From Callorhinchus milii (taxonomy: Eukaryota): 64,000 nt of DNA. Below, in pieces: positions 25,711 through 39,300 of this stretch. Each line of letters starts with the position of its first letter. The stretch's first letter is position 1. The notes beneath the pieces are model-generated. The model saw nothing but the letters and a program-made list of their open reading frames with translations. It was not told the origin of the DNA and ran no database searches. The stretch spans positions 57,228,001-57,292,000 of the forward strand of contig NW_024704742.1 of assembly GCF_018977255.1 (NCBI RefSeq), written 5' to 3'. Made by a program: the position numbers and the translations under genes.

Positions 25711-28676
25711 TCACTGTGGATTCTTTAGGTTTCTACACAGGTGATTTTGGTTTCCAGCATATGGATTGCCTGGTTATTATGTAAGATGCATTCTTATGAA
25801 CTGCTGACACAATTCTAATGCATGATGAATAACCGTGAAAAGAATGGAACAGAGACATACAATACTATGGGCGTAAAGCAGAATTGATTTCTTGGATCAA
25901 CTGGAAATAATGCAACAGAGATGTTAATAAAATCATGATCTTTGCATTATTTGAAATGGTGCTTTTCACGTCAGGAGGGCATCTCAAAGAGCTTCACAGA
26001 ATTTACTATAAAATCTAGTGACTATTTTTATGGGCGAACACAGCAGCCAATTTGCACGCAGCAATGACTGACAAGTAGCTATAAAGTAAATTTATCTGGT
26101 GGTTGGTTGGCTAGGATACTAGGAGAAAATCTCCTCTCTTGTCAACTAATGTCATAGGATCTTTAATATCCCCCTGAACGAGCAGTCTGGAGCTTGGTTT
26201 AATGTCTCATTGCTTTGTCGGTATTTGTGGGACATTGCTGTGTACAAATTGACTGCTGTGTTCACTTACATAAGATGTAGATATTACAATAAATCCTGTG
26301 AAAAGTTTTGAGACATCCTCCTGACCATGAAAGATGCTATATCAAATACAAGTATTATTTATTTGAGGATCAGGTTTTGGGATAGACCTAGGAGAGGGTT
26401 GGTGCTCCACTCAGGATTGTGCAGGAGATTGCATTTATATTGTACCCTTCATGTCGGGACGATGTCCCAAGGAGCTGGAGAGTTTGCACCCAGGCTGGAG
26501 GGAGGATATGGGAGGTGTGAGGACCAAGGGGCTGGGGGGCGGGAAGGAAGAAGATAGCCAAAGGTCTGGTCAGAGGAAGGTATTGATCAAAAAGGATACA
26601 AAGAGCATCTAGAATTGTCCCAGCAAATATAGCTTCTAAAGGCAAATAACTGTTAAACATTAGCTTATGTAATATCAACTTGTTGATGGTACACAAAGCT
26701 GCCTTGTGTTACAGTACCTTGTGCACAAGCTGCTCGTGTCCATTGCAGGTAAAAATTCTGTAACTATTTTTAATGAGGGTAGAGTTGTAAAGAATATTGA
26801 AGACCCAAACGCACATGTGACCATTACATTCTGTGCTACTAAACGCTCTTGGGTTTAGTTCTTGGGGTGGCCATGTCATTGAGAAGTTTGGAAGCACCAT
26901 TTTGGAATATAATGGGGTTGAGGTTTATACACTGCACTTGCTTTCCTAAAAGTAGGGTGACATTGATATGGCAGTTTGGTCTGCACAAGCCAAGTAAAGA
27001 CTCATTCGAGACTTTTCACCTTTGTCCTGGAAAGAAGTAGCTTAGGAGTAAACATGACTGCTGCCCTCTGGGACCTTGGCTGCAGAGGAAGAGCCAGCTG
27101 ACAGTAACAATTTCTGGCCTCTGATCACTAGAGCATGTGTCAGTCAGGAGCTGGAGAGGCAGATGGTGAGCGAAGTTGCCGTATTAACTCCTTGAACACT
27201 TGTTACTCCAATTTAGTGTTTGTCGTTACCTTGACTGCACTGATTCTCCCGCTATTTAAACTCTTTACATTCCTGTGCTGAGTCGATACTTTAAAACGTT
27301 ATCATCCACAGCAAGTGGGCTAATATTTGTCTGACCAGCTACCCAGTTTAAAGCACACGAACATTGTTTGCCCATCACTATTAAAAGTCTGGGAATACTA
27401 TTTTACTTGCAATGGATTGCAATCTACTTTACTCGTGTCATCACTTTTTTTTGCTTAATGTTGACGCAGGATAAAACCTTGATTAACTTGTAATACTGAC
27501 CTTTGAAAACTAAAAATGTTGACTTTGAGAAGTCTTGTGACCTGGTTGCACAGGAAATAGTACCTGTGTACACACTGGCCTTTTTAAAAAAAGTCACATG
27601 TAAACTGCAGGATCATTTGAGCTGCAGCAAACCTGTATAGTAGGTTTGCAAGACTGTGTGCTGCAGGTCAGTATTCATAATGTTTATCAAATTATTTTGT
27701 GGAGAAATTATACCTATTTTTGAACTCTGTTTTGGTTATATTCCTATTTTGGCTTGTTATGCACAAGTTTGAAATTGTGTGCTCAAGTTTTCCTTCCAAT
27801 TTATGGTGCAACCTCTATATTTTTCTCTTTTTTCCTTATTTTGACCTGCTTCCATTCACAAGTGGCAATTTGCAGACGCTCGCCTTGACAGCAAGTGTTT
27901 GCAGGCCAGTCCACTGTAAGAGACGCCATGCTCAATGTCCAGACACTTTACAGCAGGAATCTCTGAAAAATAAGCGGAGAGAGAGCTCTAGCTTTTAATC
28001 TTCTTTCGTCCGTCTCTCACCAAGAGCTAGGTTTGAGTTGATTGTGTCCAGTTGAGATATGTTAACAGCATATTCAAGTCTGGAGTCTTTAATGTTACAT
28101 AGTTTTTTGTCAATTAGAAGCTGGTAGCGTGCATTAGTTGACATGAAAGTCAACTAGATTTTGGTGGTGATTTTTTTGTAACTATTTATATGCAGAATTT
28201 TGATTGTGATTGCTAACACTAGTCTGTTCAATTTCAGTGAAATTAAGTTGCTTTCTTTAAACTAATTAGACTTGCTGTGGACAGTGGACCGAAATTCTAA
28301 CCAGTAAGTCATATTAAAGTGTGTTATATTTTATCAATTATCATTATTGTGCCTATTTTTGACTAGAGGGATCATGTTACCTTTTCATTATTTAAGAAAG
28401 CTGTGTGAATGTTTTTGATAAATGCTCTTGCTCATTCAGGGGGCTTCATGGGCTCTTGGCACAGTTATTGCATGCAATATGTTGGAAGCTGATTAGACTC
28501 CATCAATACCCTAACCGGTACCCTACTCCCCAAGCCTTGGCTCTTTCCAATGTGCACCTAATACTTTCGGAAATAGTTAAACCGATGGTGCCCTTTCAGG
28601 ATTGTGTGCATTCCTTTCCAGACGTGGAGACATTATCATGTGTTGATGGACTTGACAGTCTGGTTTCTTAAGCACA

Positions 28677-29140
28677 GCAACAACAACAAGGTTCCAGCGC
28701 CTTTCACGTCGGGAGGACGTCCCAAGGCGCTGGACAGTTGGGTCGGGACCCGAGCAGGGGGGAAATGGTCAGGGTGAGGGGAGAGAAGGAAGGGAGCGGG
28801 GAGGGGGTAGAGAGTCGAGAGGGGAGCTGAAGGCACGTCACAGAGAAAGGTCTTGAGACCGGCCTTGAAGGAGGAAAGGGAGGAGGCGGCGAAGGCACTG
28901 GGGGATGGAGTTCCAGAGCCTCGGGGCTGAGAGGCTGAAGGCCTGGCCACCGATGGTAGGGCGGTTGGGGCGGGGGATGTGGAGCAGGCCGGAGCCAGAG
29001 GAACGGAGGGTACGGGCAGGTAGGTAGGGGGATAGTAGGTCGGAGAGGTAGGAGGGAGCGAGGCCGTGAATGGCCTTGTAGGTGAGGATGAGGATCTTGA
29101 ATTCGATCCTCTGGGGGATGGGGAGCCGGTGGAGGCGAGC
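28677..29140 (-). mobile_element. L2 LINE 3' fragment (young subfamily)
   Basis: LPIPQRIEFKILILTYKAIHGLAPSYLSDLL; tail. Confidence 0.9.
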
Positions 29141-29751
29141 ACAGCGATGAGTTTCCACCTTGCTGACCAAGAAAACATTCTGGTGTAAATGTGATTGGAT
29201 AACCTTTGTTTAGAGTTGGGATAGATATGTTTTGTTTACTTTAGTCCATTGAATTCCCTCCTGTACTGAATCCATCACAGCCGTCCTAACCACAAATATG
29301 AGCCAGTCCAATGTTGTTTTCCTACTCTCTCAGTGTAGCCCGAAAGCCGGTGTGAAGTGTGGGAGAAATTGGTTCAAATACAAGTTCTTAATTTAGGATA
29401 TCAGTTTAATAATTAGCACAGTTTTACATTTCAAGCCTGAGTTTTATTGCCTTCTGTAGTGTAATATTGTACAGTTGGAACTTAATGTATCTGTGTCACC
29501 TGTTATGTCAGCTCAAATATGTCCTGTGCTTTTGTTTTCCACTCCAAGCAACTAAGTGGAAAAACTGAACTGAAAAGGTGCGCTTGTATAACGTCTTTCA
29601 TGTTTGAGAACGTCTCACAGGCACAGAGTGATCTTGAAAATTAGTATGAGAAACTTGAAATCGATTTGCTGGAGGACAGGAAGTGAGTGGAGCCCGGTAA
29701 GGTTACAGGCACATGGAGCCAAGAGAATGAGGTGGATAACTCAAAATTTGT

Positions 29752-30070
29752 GGAGTCCTGTCGCTCAGTGGTTAGAGCACTCGCTTTGCAAGTGAGAGAC
29801 CTGAGTTCAATTCCAGGCAGAGGGCGAAACCTTGGGCAAGTTTCCTTACTCCACACAGAGCCTAATAATAATCCCTCCAAAACCCAAAACAATAATAAAT
29901 TGGTCGTTTTCAATCTACGACTGTTTGTGGGACATTGCTGTGCGCAATTGGCTGCCGCGTTCGCCCACAAATATACAGTCAATTCACTTTACAGTGTGTT
30001 CTGTGAAGCGCTTTGGGACTTCCTCCCGACGTGAAAAGCGCTATATCAAATGCAAGGATTATTATTATTA
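29752..30070 (+). mobile_element. tRNA-Ala-derived SINE, full length
   Basis: Near-identical to the 22265 and 53039 copies. Confidence 0.9.
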
Positions 30071-33000
30071 ACGTGTGTCCCAGAGGTGGAGGTGGGCAGT
30101 CTTTGTCAAGACGTGAGGTTTAATAGAGAGTTGAGGTTTAACAGTAGAACACCAAGGTTTAATAGAACACCGACTTCCTCAGTGAAGGTGAAATGTAATG
30201 TATTAAAGCCTTTTAACGCATGATGCCAAAGAATGTACGATCATACCACCAACCCCAAGCAAAATATATATTACAGCACGGCTTAACAATTTTGTAGACT
30301 TAATCTTACAATCAGCACTACCTCTTTTCCCTCAAGAGAACTACTGATGAGCTTTAATTTCCTTCAAGACGTCGTTCATTTTGTTTAATTCATAAATTTT
30401 AATTACCTTGGAGGAAAGGGTTTGCTGAGTCAGCTGTTTTTTCTTTTGAAGAATTTTAGAATAATCATTGGAATAACCATTTACGTAAATTAAAGATGTT
30501 TTCTTGAACATAATTTCAACTATGTTGAGCTCCTACAGCACATTAACTTCTTTTTGAACCAATACCCCTAATATCAATGGTACTTGGTAAAAATAGGCTC
30601 ATGTGAGTTGAGAGCAGCAATATAAAATAATATATATTAAGACTAAGATGTATGATGGAACTCAGAACCTCAACTAGATTGTAAGTTGCAGTAAGAATAA
30701 TAATAATCCTTGCATTTGATTTAGCGCCTTATATCTTCGAGACGTCCCAAAGTGCTTCACAAAATATACTGTAAAGTGAATTGACTGTATATTTTGTGGG
30801 CGAAACAACAACAATTTTCATTATATAGCACCCCTCACTCGGGGTAGCGTCTTGGAGTGTTTGAAGAGCAAGTTGTTGTTGTAAATTGCAGAAATGTGTA
30901 AATATTTGTTTGTACATTCTTATTTTAGGATAGATTTATTGCATTAAGATTTGACATTAAACCACAGTGCTCCATTATGTTTATGTGTGCTATTGATTAT
31001 ACATTATGCGCCTTATGTGCATACATTATGTGACAAAAAGTACTTTAAATTCAAGAAATTGACTGATTGAGCATTTATTCCTCCCTTCCCCTCAACATAT
31101 GGTTGTGGGAGTTGTTACTTCTATATGTACCTATACCTATAAATTCTATAAAATTCTTATTATTTTAAATACATGTTTAAAAAAAAACAATCTTGGCAAT
31201 CAGTGTAATGTTACCAAAAGTTAATCCTGCTTTTGATTTAAAAAAGACAATCTGGGATGGATGAACGTGATTAGCAACAAATTCAGACTCTGAAATTTTA
31301 CTTTAATGATTATGCTATGACTGTTGGTTGGTTGCTGGACAGCTTTGAAGCACCTTTGGTTTGCAAACCAGTTAGTGCTGGTTCTAAGCATCTCTCATGG
31401 AAGGGGCAGAGGAAGAGAGAGGGGAGTAAAGGTATTTTTAACAATCGTGACACTGGACTGATTACGGAATAAGTTCTCAATCCATTTTTACTTGTGCTGA
31501 GATGCAATCATTCTTGTATTTGTAAAGAATTAATTCTATGCTGTTTTAAAAAAAAATCTGTTAATTTGTTTTAGGTTAACTTTATTCCTGTAAACTCTGA
31601 GGAAGTTACCTGGAGGAATTGCTGAACACACCAGTGTGAGGAAGCAGAAACCGCTGCCAACAGATCCAGAGATAATGTATGTATTATCCATACAGCTCCA
31701 TTCTTTAAGTCTTGTGACTCTACGTCTTCAAATTGTTCATCCACGATTTCCCAGTTTTAAATGCACTCAGCTTGGGGATGGGGTAGAAAAAGTATATTGA
31801 TTTACATTTTACTGTTCATATTTATTGGTTCATTCGTCAACCCTCAACCTTTTTTTTCTCTCCAATGCCTTCCTTAGCAGACTCCCCATTCATAAAAATG
31901 CAAAAACTCCACTGCCCGAATCCTCATCCGCACCAAACTCCGCATCCCCATTTTGTCATTGTTCCATGTAGTATGTTCCACTTCAGGTACACAAGTGTTT
32001 TTCAGGAAGAGCTCTTTCCTTTTTCTCCTCCACCATCTCTTCCATGTTCTTTTCCGCACCAAGCTCCATGACCCCCTCCCCATGTTCAGGCCTTGCACTG
32101 GAGACTCGTGCATTCAAAAGATGATAGCTTTTCTTGTGTTGGTGGAGGGGAATAGGTGGGGTATTAAATGGATTGGTCAAGGCATGGTGTGGAGGTGTAG
32201 AGATATCTCTGTCCTTCATTTAATCCTCATATTCCTTTTTGTGCCAGACAAGTTGTTAGTCGACCAACTAGTTACTATTTTTCTTGGAAGTGAGATAAGT
32301 GGGTCCCTTTGAGGTTGGGTTGGTTTCCAGGTAGCATATCTAGTGATGGAAGATTAGAATCAAGTCATTTTTGTGTCGATCTCAGCTGAGCCAGGTAGAT
32401 CTGCAGTTCTCTCCAAAGCACTATTGATGAAGGACCATCCAACCTGCATAGTTGGCAGCAATTGGAAGGTAGAACCAATTTTTGGGAGCAGGGTTTCTTC
32501 CCACTTGGCTTCAGCTAACCCTGTAAGCCAAAGCCCTAACAGGTTGGGTGGTCCTAGCTGGTAAAGCAGCGGGAAACTTGACGGTGCTTACAGTGGCAAA
32601 GTGTAGTTTTAGGTGGTTAAACTCCAGCAGTATCCCAGTTCAGTATTTGAGATTGCCAAACTTTGACTCTTGCTAATCTGAACCTAAATTTTCCAGGATT
32701 AAGTGAGCAACTATTCTCTGGGGAAAGAGTGTGCAATCCATGCCAGCCAACCCAAAGCCTTCATTTGTGGTTTCTAACTTGGTTTGATTTAGAAACATTC
32801 ACGTTTGGATAATTGTTTCCACATATGGCAGATGCCCAGAGAAAGATGAACAAAAACGTACTGGCACTGGGAAGTAATTTACAGAAAACATTACCTTTCA
32901 AATTCCACCTTTGTCCTGATTTACTTCAGACAGTCTCCAGAGTTGGGCAGATTCTTAAACTAGTCTTAATCTGTTTTTCTTTTAAAATCTCCAGAAAATA

Positions 33001-33185
33001 AACTTCAAAGTTACAGACTGAATTTAATAAATTACCAAATCCTGGACCTTCTGAAATGCTTAGAAAATGTGACGCATGGATTATCTTCACAGAAGTTGGG
33101 CTGAAGGTTTCCGTGCCGTATCTCTCTGCTTATGTCTTGGCCTTTTTTTATATATAGTTACAGCAGTGAGGTACCGACTGCAACA

Positions 33186-33380
33186 ATGGAAACGCATGAG
33201 CTGATAAATCACCTACGTGTCCCAGAGCTTTGGGAGCTCCGACAGTACATACGCTCTCTCCCAACATACACGTTAATGGGCATTGGTGCTATTGCTGCAC
33301 TTGTAACTTACTGGTATGCTACAAGAACCAAGCCACCAAAACCGGCATGTGACCTGTCCATGCAATCGATTGAAGTTGCG
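33186..33380 (+). CDS. ACSL1: ACSL1 coding exon 1 (METHEL...SIEVA; includes the N-terminal membrane anchor)
   Basis: Start codon context ACAATGG, upstream polypyrimidine tract plus AG (33156-33166), donor GCG|GTAAGA; 195 nt. Confidence 0.95.
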
Positions 33381-36300
33381 GTAAGATTCAAAATATTACA
33401 GGCATTATTCCAAGGTGCTTTCATGTTATGATTAGCCTTAAAACAATTCATGTTTGCATATTACAGTCCAGCACAGCTGATATCCCTTTGTTTGGAATGC
33501 ATATTACTATGGATTATTGATGCTTGTTCCTTATCACGTATGTAGTCTTTGCTGCACAGGCCTATGAAGGCTCCCTTTTTTGTTCCTTCCTTGAAGGTAT
33601 ACAGAATCTCAGATCTCAAGTATTTATCTTCTGTTTTATTTTTAAATAAAGGAGTCAAAGCCAATTGTGGTTGTTTTTAGAAAAACAGAAGTTATGGCAG
33701 AAGAGCAATTTGCATTTATATAGTTCTCTTCAATCAGAATAGCATCTCCAAGCTCTATACAGAGAAGGGTCGGACCCTGAGAAAAGGAGGAGGTGACTAT
33801 AGGTTCAGTCAAAAAGGTAAGTTGTAAAGTGGGACTTGAAGATGGATAAAGAGGGTGTGTGTCAGGAAGGGAGGTCCAGTGATTAGGGGTGTAGTGGCAG
33901 AACACGTGGCCATCGATGGTCAGGGGGACGTGCAATAGGCCTGTGCCAGCTGAGCAAAGAGCAAGTAGAGGAGTGGAGTATGAGCATGACAGAGAAGTAG
34001 GAATAATCTACTTGTGACTGGATTTGTACTGAGGATGGGGATCTTGAAATGTGTCCTCTCAGAGACGAGGAGCCAGTGGAGCTTGGCGAGGATTGGGATA
34101 ATGCAGAGGTTGCCTCTGTGATCTTTTGTGATCCTCGCCCCCTGGCTTGCTTCATGCCTACACCCCCCACCACACGCACACACGCTTCACCCTATATTCT
34201 CCTGTTCTGAAAGGTGCTATGAGTGCAAATCGTTTTAACTTCTCATATGTTTGGAACATTGCAGGCACAGATTAGCTCTTGCTTTTGCCTACATAAAATT
34301 CTGTACTATGTACATTTGTTATTATTTCCAGATAATATATTCGTCTGATTTTCTTTGCCAACAAATGATCTCTACACTAACTCCTGTGAAGTGCTAAGAT
34401 ATCCTCCTTACTTGATGGGTGCTGTATCAAATGCACGTATTAATTTTTAGGTTCTATCTGCTTTGCAATACAGTTGGATGTAAAGGGTCTAAGGGTCATA
34501 GCTATAAGAGTCACAAAAAAGAGCGAAAGGATATCTTAGGAGAAACACTTTCACTGAGAGTTCTGAAAATGTTATCGTGAAGTAAGGTGGTAGAGACGGA
34601 GTTCATTGTGGATTTCAAAAGGGAAGTAGACAGGTATATAAAAGGGGTAAGGGGATAGGGCAGGGGGCTTGATTAAGCAAGCACCTTACTTTGAGAGCCA
34701 GTTTAGACTCAATGGACCAAAATGCCCTCCTTTGCTGTAAATTTCTACCACAAATATTGTGTACAAAGAGGTTGTCATTGCTATTTAAACATGCATGGAA
34801 TCTTTTTCCTTGTTACCCAGGTTTATATTCCCAGCCTAATCCAAATTTTCTAAATAATTGGCTGCTCATCTCGTTGGTCTCGGCATCAGGCTCCGCAACT
34901 GTTAACAGCAACCACAACAAAAAATTACATTTGTGTAGCGTCTTTTATGTCGGGAGGACATCCGAAGTACTCTGAGACGCTACCCTACTTGAAGGGCACT
35001 ATATAAATGCAAGTTTGTTGTTTTTTTTATGTGATATTACTGGCACAGATTAGGATTTATCTATTTAACATTCAGTTCCTTTCTAATCTAACATTTGTTA
35101 AACATATAGATGTTTTTAATGTGAAAGATGCTATTAATCTTGAAGAAATAGAATTGTTTCAGAAGCATCCATCCGTTTTATTTACTGAAGCTGAACAAGT
35201 CGACGCCAGTCTACTGTTTTCTCACCATCCCCAAGATTTAATAGTAAAACTTGAGAATGATCGAATCAGATTTCCTTAGAGATTAGAATTTCTTTTAAGT
35301 CACGCAATGCAGAACTTCAAACTTGATTGTATTTAGTACTGTCTGGGACTTTTCTCAAAATGCAGGATTCAAAAGTTGTTCCAACCTGATAATCAAAGGT
35401 CCATTGTATTGCTGATTCCTTTTTGACTGGTGGCTTGGTTATTTGAGCTATGTTAATTTGTTCGACCACAGCTGCATGTAGATATTAAAGCATTGTGATT
35501 GTAATCATGAATCTGACTTGCTGGTCACAAAAGTACAGGGCATTGTTAACCCTTTATATGCCCAATTCCCTCATATTTGCTACTTGTGACCATCTGTTTC
35601 CAAGTTTAACAATTTTTTTGTGGGAAATTTTCTTCTGCTTTTTTTTAAAAAAAAAACTTGGGTGTTTACAGTAAAACTCAAGGTAGCAGTAAGGAGTGCT
35701 ATTGCCTCGCAAGCGAGAGACCTAGGCTCAATTCCCGGCAGGGCGAAATGTTAGGCAAATTTCCTTACTCCACACGCCTCAACGAGTATTGGTTACTCAT
35801 TGGGTACCCATTGGTTAGTCGATTGGCGTATCACTTTTCCGGGGGTAATAATTCCTTATAATAATAATAATTTGGTTACTCAATCCATGATTGTTTGTGG
35901 GACACTGCTGTGCACAATTGACTGCCGCATTTCACCCACAAAATATACAAAATACACAATTCACTTTGCAGTATATTCTGTGAAGCTCTTTGAGACGTCT
36001 CGAAGACGTGATAAGGTGCTATATCAAATGCAAGGTTTATTGTTATTCATTATTAACTAACTGCTATTAGCTTTGATTTCCCTGGTTTTGGAAGAGAGAA
36101 ATCGGGTATGGTTCTTGCTGACTAGATTTCAAGAACTTTACACTTGGTTAAAATGACCTTGACGAGCAGAGGAAAATTGGATAAAGAACATTTTGACTTG
36201 ATAATCCTGGCCTCACTAAATTCTGTAGCATTTAGTGTTCTATAGCAGATGTTCAGATCACCATACCTCAAACAAGATGATAGGACACGAGATCCCTTAA

Positions 36301-39300
36301 CACATTCTAAGGTATTCAAAGTGAAATCTCGTGCAGTGGAAAATCAGGACCTTGGTTTATTGACATCATATATGGAGTGATAAGATTCTCGATGAGGATA
36401 TATAAAGAGGATAAATCCCATATGGAGGTGCAGCATTTCTGCTGATCTTAGCCTTAAGAGCAAACTGTTGATTCTATTGATTTTTTTTCTTAAAGATTTT
36501 TTAAAAAAATCTTAATCTGTCTTAATTTGGATCAAAGAAGCTTTTATGCCTCTGAGTGGATCTTTAGCCTTTTAAATTGTCTAGATTCTTTCTACCTATT
36601 TTGAGTGTGCAATTCTAGTAGTGTAGAAACAGAATCCATGCCCAAGATTAAATTGCAGTTGAATTTCTTTCCTCCCCCTTCCCCCACGTTGCCTTTGTCC
36701 ATTTTTTGTACAGACTCTTCTACTCTTTCTGGACTGAAATTAGCTTTTAATCATTTACAGCTACAGTATATCATTGAGAATATTGACTGCTGTAAACTGC
36801 ATTTCATAGCTTGTCAGGATGATTTAGTTGAGGAATGTGACCTTTAGCATAGTGGACTGTTCCAACTAGTACAGCTTTGCAGAGGAAGATTGGTCAACTG
36901 AGCAATTGTGCACTAGTGCCTACCAGCACGCAATCCGATCTCTTATCACATCTATCAGACTACACAGATGGCAGTGGGAAGTACTGGAGTGTAGCTTGTA
37001 AATTTTTTTTTGGTTCTATTCATTTCATACCAGTGCTTCAGCTTCACCTGAATTGTGCTTGTACGTCATGCAGGTGTTTGCACAATTGGTGACCACACCA
37101 TTTAACCAGGCTATGATGCTTTCTTTAAAAGTTTTGCATAATTTAGTAAACTGCTATTGGATACTAAGGCTGCATCCAGATATCACTATGTAGTCATTTG
37201 GCAGTTTCTTCACTGAATTTGTGCAACATGCTGTAATGCACACCAAACCTGTAATGGTGTTAGCTTTTTGTGCAGATCAATCCAGGCTTGGAGTGATGGG
37301 GATGCAAATAGATTTATAGTTGTATATGAACTTTTTTCAAGTTAAAAATGTATATTCCCTCCTTCCAATGGAATAATCAATAATCCTTGTTTTCCTATAA
37401 TGCTGAAAAAACAAATTGATTCATGCACTATGTATTTGAGGACAAACAGAATTTGCACACAGCAAGATCCCCAAAATAGCTATGGACTGAGTGTCCAATT
37501 TATCCAGTGAATTGTTGGCCAGAACACTGGGAAAGACCCTATTCTCTTTTTAAATCATATTGTGGGGTCTTTAAACATTCACCTGAGCAACTTATTTTAC
37601 ACTCGAGCTCACAGTTCTCATATGCAGCATGATTCTATTGCCTTCCACCCACATTGAGAGTGGCATCTACTGAGCCAAGCTGACAACAACAAATTACATT
37701 TGTATAGCGCCTTTTATGTCAGAAGGACCTCCCAAGGTACTGGATAATCAAGGATTTGGACCCGAGCTGAGGGTTGGGATCAGGAGGGGTGGAGGGTGGG
37801 GAGAGTAGGGGTAGGAGTGTGACCAAAGGCACGGTTGAAGAGTGCAGGCTGGAGCAGAGGGAGGTTGTGGGATGGTCGAGCAGGGATAGGAGACAGGAAA
37901 GACGGTGGAAGAGAAGGATCGAGCGGGAGTAGTGGAGAGTAGAGGACAGGGATGGGAGCATTTTGGGCAAAGCAGCTCGGGTTGGTGGTGGCAGCCAAAA
38001 TACGCACCTGAGACTAAGAACGGGTGGGGGTGCACAGCGTGGAATGCTGGCATGGATCATGGTGTAGGACAGTGTAGTCGTCCTAAAGCACTTTTCATGT
38101 TGGGATGACTTAAATCACTTCACAGGATTTACTGTTAAGTGTAATGGCTGTATTTTGTAGGCTGAAATGGCAGCCAATTTGCAGAGACCCATTAAATGAA
38201 TGACCACAATGTTATGTGGGGGATTGTTGGCCAAGACATTCGAAGAAGTAACCATCCCTTTTTTAATATTGCTTTGGGATTTTAATGCCCACCTGAACAG
38301 TTAGAAAGGGCCTCAGATTAACGTCTCATCCAAAGCATGGCATTTCCAACTTTTGATATGGTGCATTATAAAAATGCAATTTCTTCGTAGTGACATAATG
38401 ATTGTTGGTGGTTTTTGGAAAGTGAGTCTATGTTACCGTTTCATAATAGAATATTGGCAGGTTTTTTTTAAACAAATGCCTCAGTCTTAGTTTTCCAGAC
38501 TCTTAATTATGAACGATGGATCATTCACCCTTAACAATGTCTCAAATTGAACTGCCGACGGCTGCAAAGATCCTTTAAAGACTAAAGTAAATTCTTTGCT
38601 TGTGTACTTGCTGCACAAAAATTAAATTGATGTGAATTTACTGCTGCCCAATGTTTCTTGGAAATATGTCTTTATGCAGAGATGAATAAACTGCTTGAAC
38701 TAGTTACCGGGAAGGGGGTGGTGGAGGTTAGGTCACTGACTTAATTAAGAAACTGCTTGATGCTGAAAATGGAGTAAGGTCGGATGGGTATTCTGGAATG
38801 ATGAGATCAATTGGGCCAAAGGGCCTTCTTCATCCCAAGCCTCTCGTGTTAAAAAAGAGCAACATAAATCACATTGCGCCGTTTTAGGTACTCTTTTGAT
38901 GAGCACTGTTATCAATGCACTCAAGTACTGCACCAATCTAGAACATCTGATATTGATGGTATGTTCCCTGTTTTTGTGACGGTTGTCTTTCATTTGTGCC
39001 TAAATATGTTTTCAACAAAGCGCAACAGCACCGCTCGCTGGTGTTTGTTGGTATTGCAACCATGCGGTTGTGATGAAAGGTTGGGAATAGATGAAGTGAA
39101 CATATTCTGTCAATAGTTGTAATCCTCATTCATGGTTTGATTGACTAGAATCTAGTCCGTATAAACTTCATGAAAGCTGAGGCACTAGTTGTACTACACA
39201 ATTCAACTGCGGCCAAAATTGGGATCATTTTGGCCAAGCATACAGAATTGTTTTTCTTGAAGGAGTTTTAAGTCGCGTATTCATCATTTGGGTTCAGCCA

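Noticed and set aside
29752..29825. tRNA-Ala(TGC) gene calls at SINE heads (also 22265, 23385-23456, 53039)
   Set aside because: They run directly into the SINE body and L2 tail, have no proper acceptor stem, and are multi-copy.
29641..30071. Recurrent 'conserved' ORFs (also 22257, 24362, 53020-53360)
   Set aside because: Translations of near-identical SINE copies, not genes.
33132..33185. ORF-track start at 33132 as the ACSL1 initiator
   Set aside because: It lies in the polypyrimidine tract of the acceptor. Homology begins at ATG 33186, which has good Kozak context.
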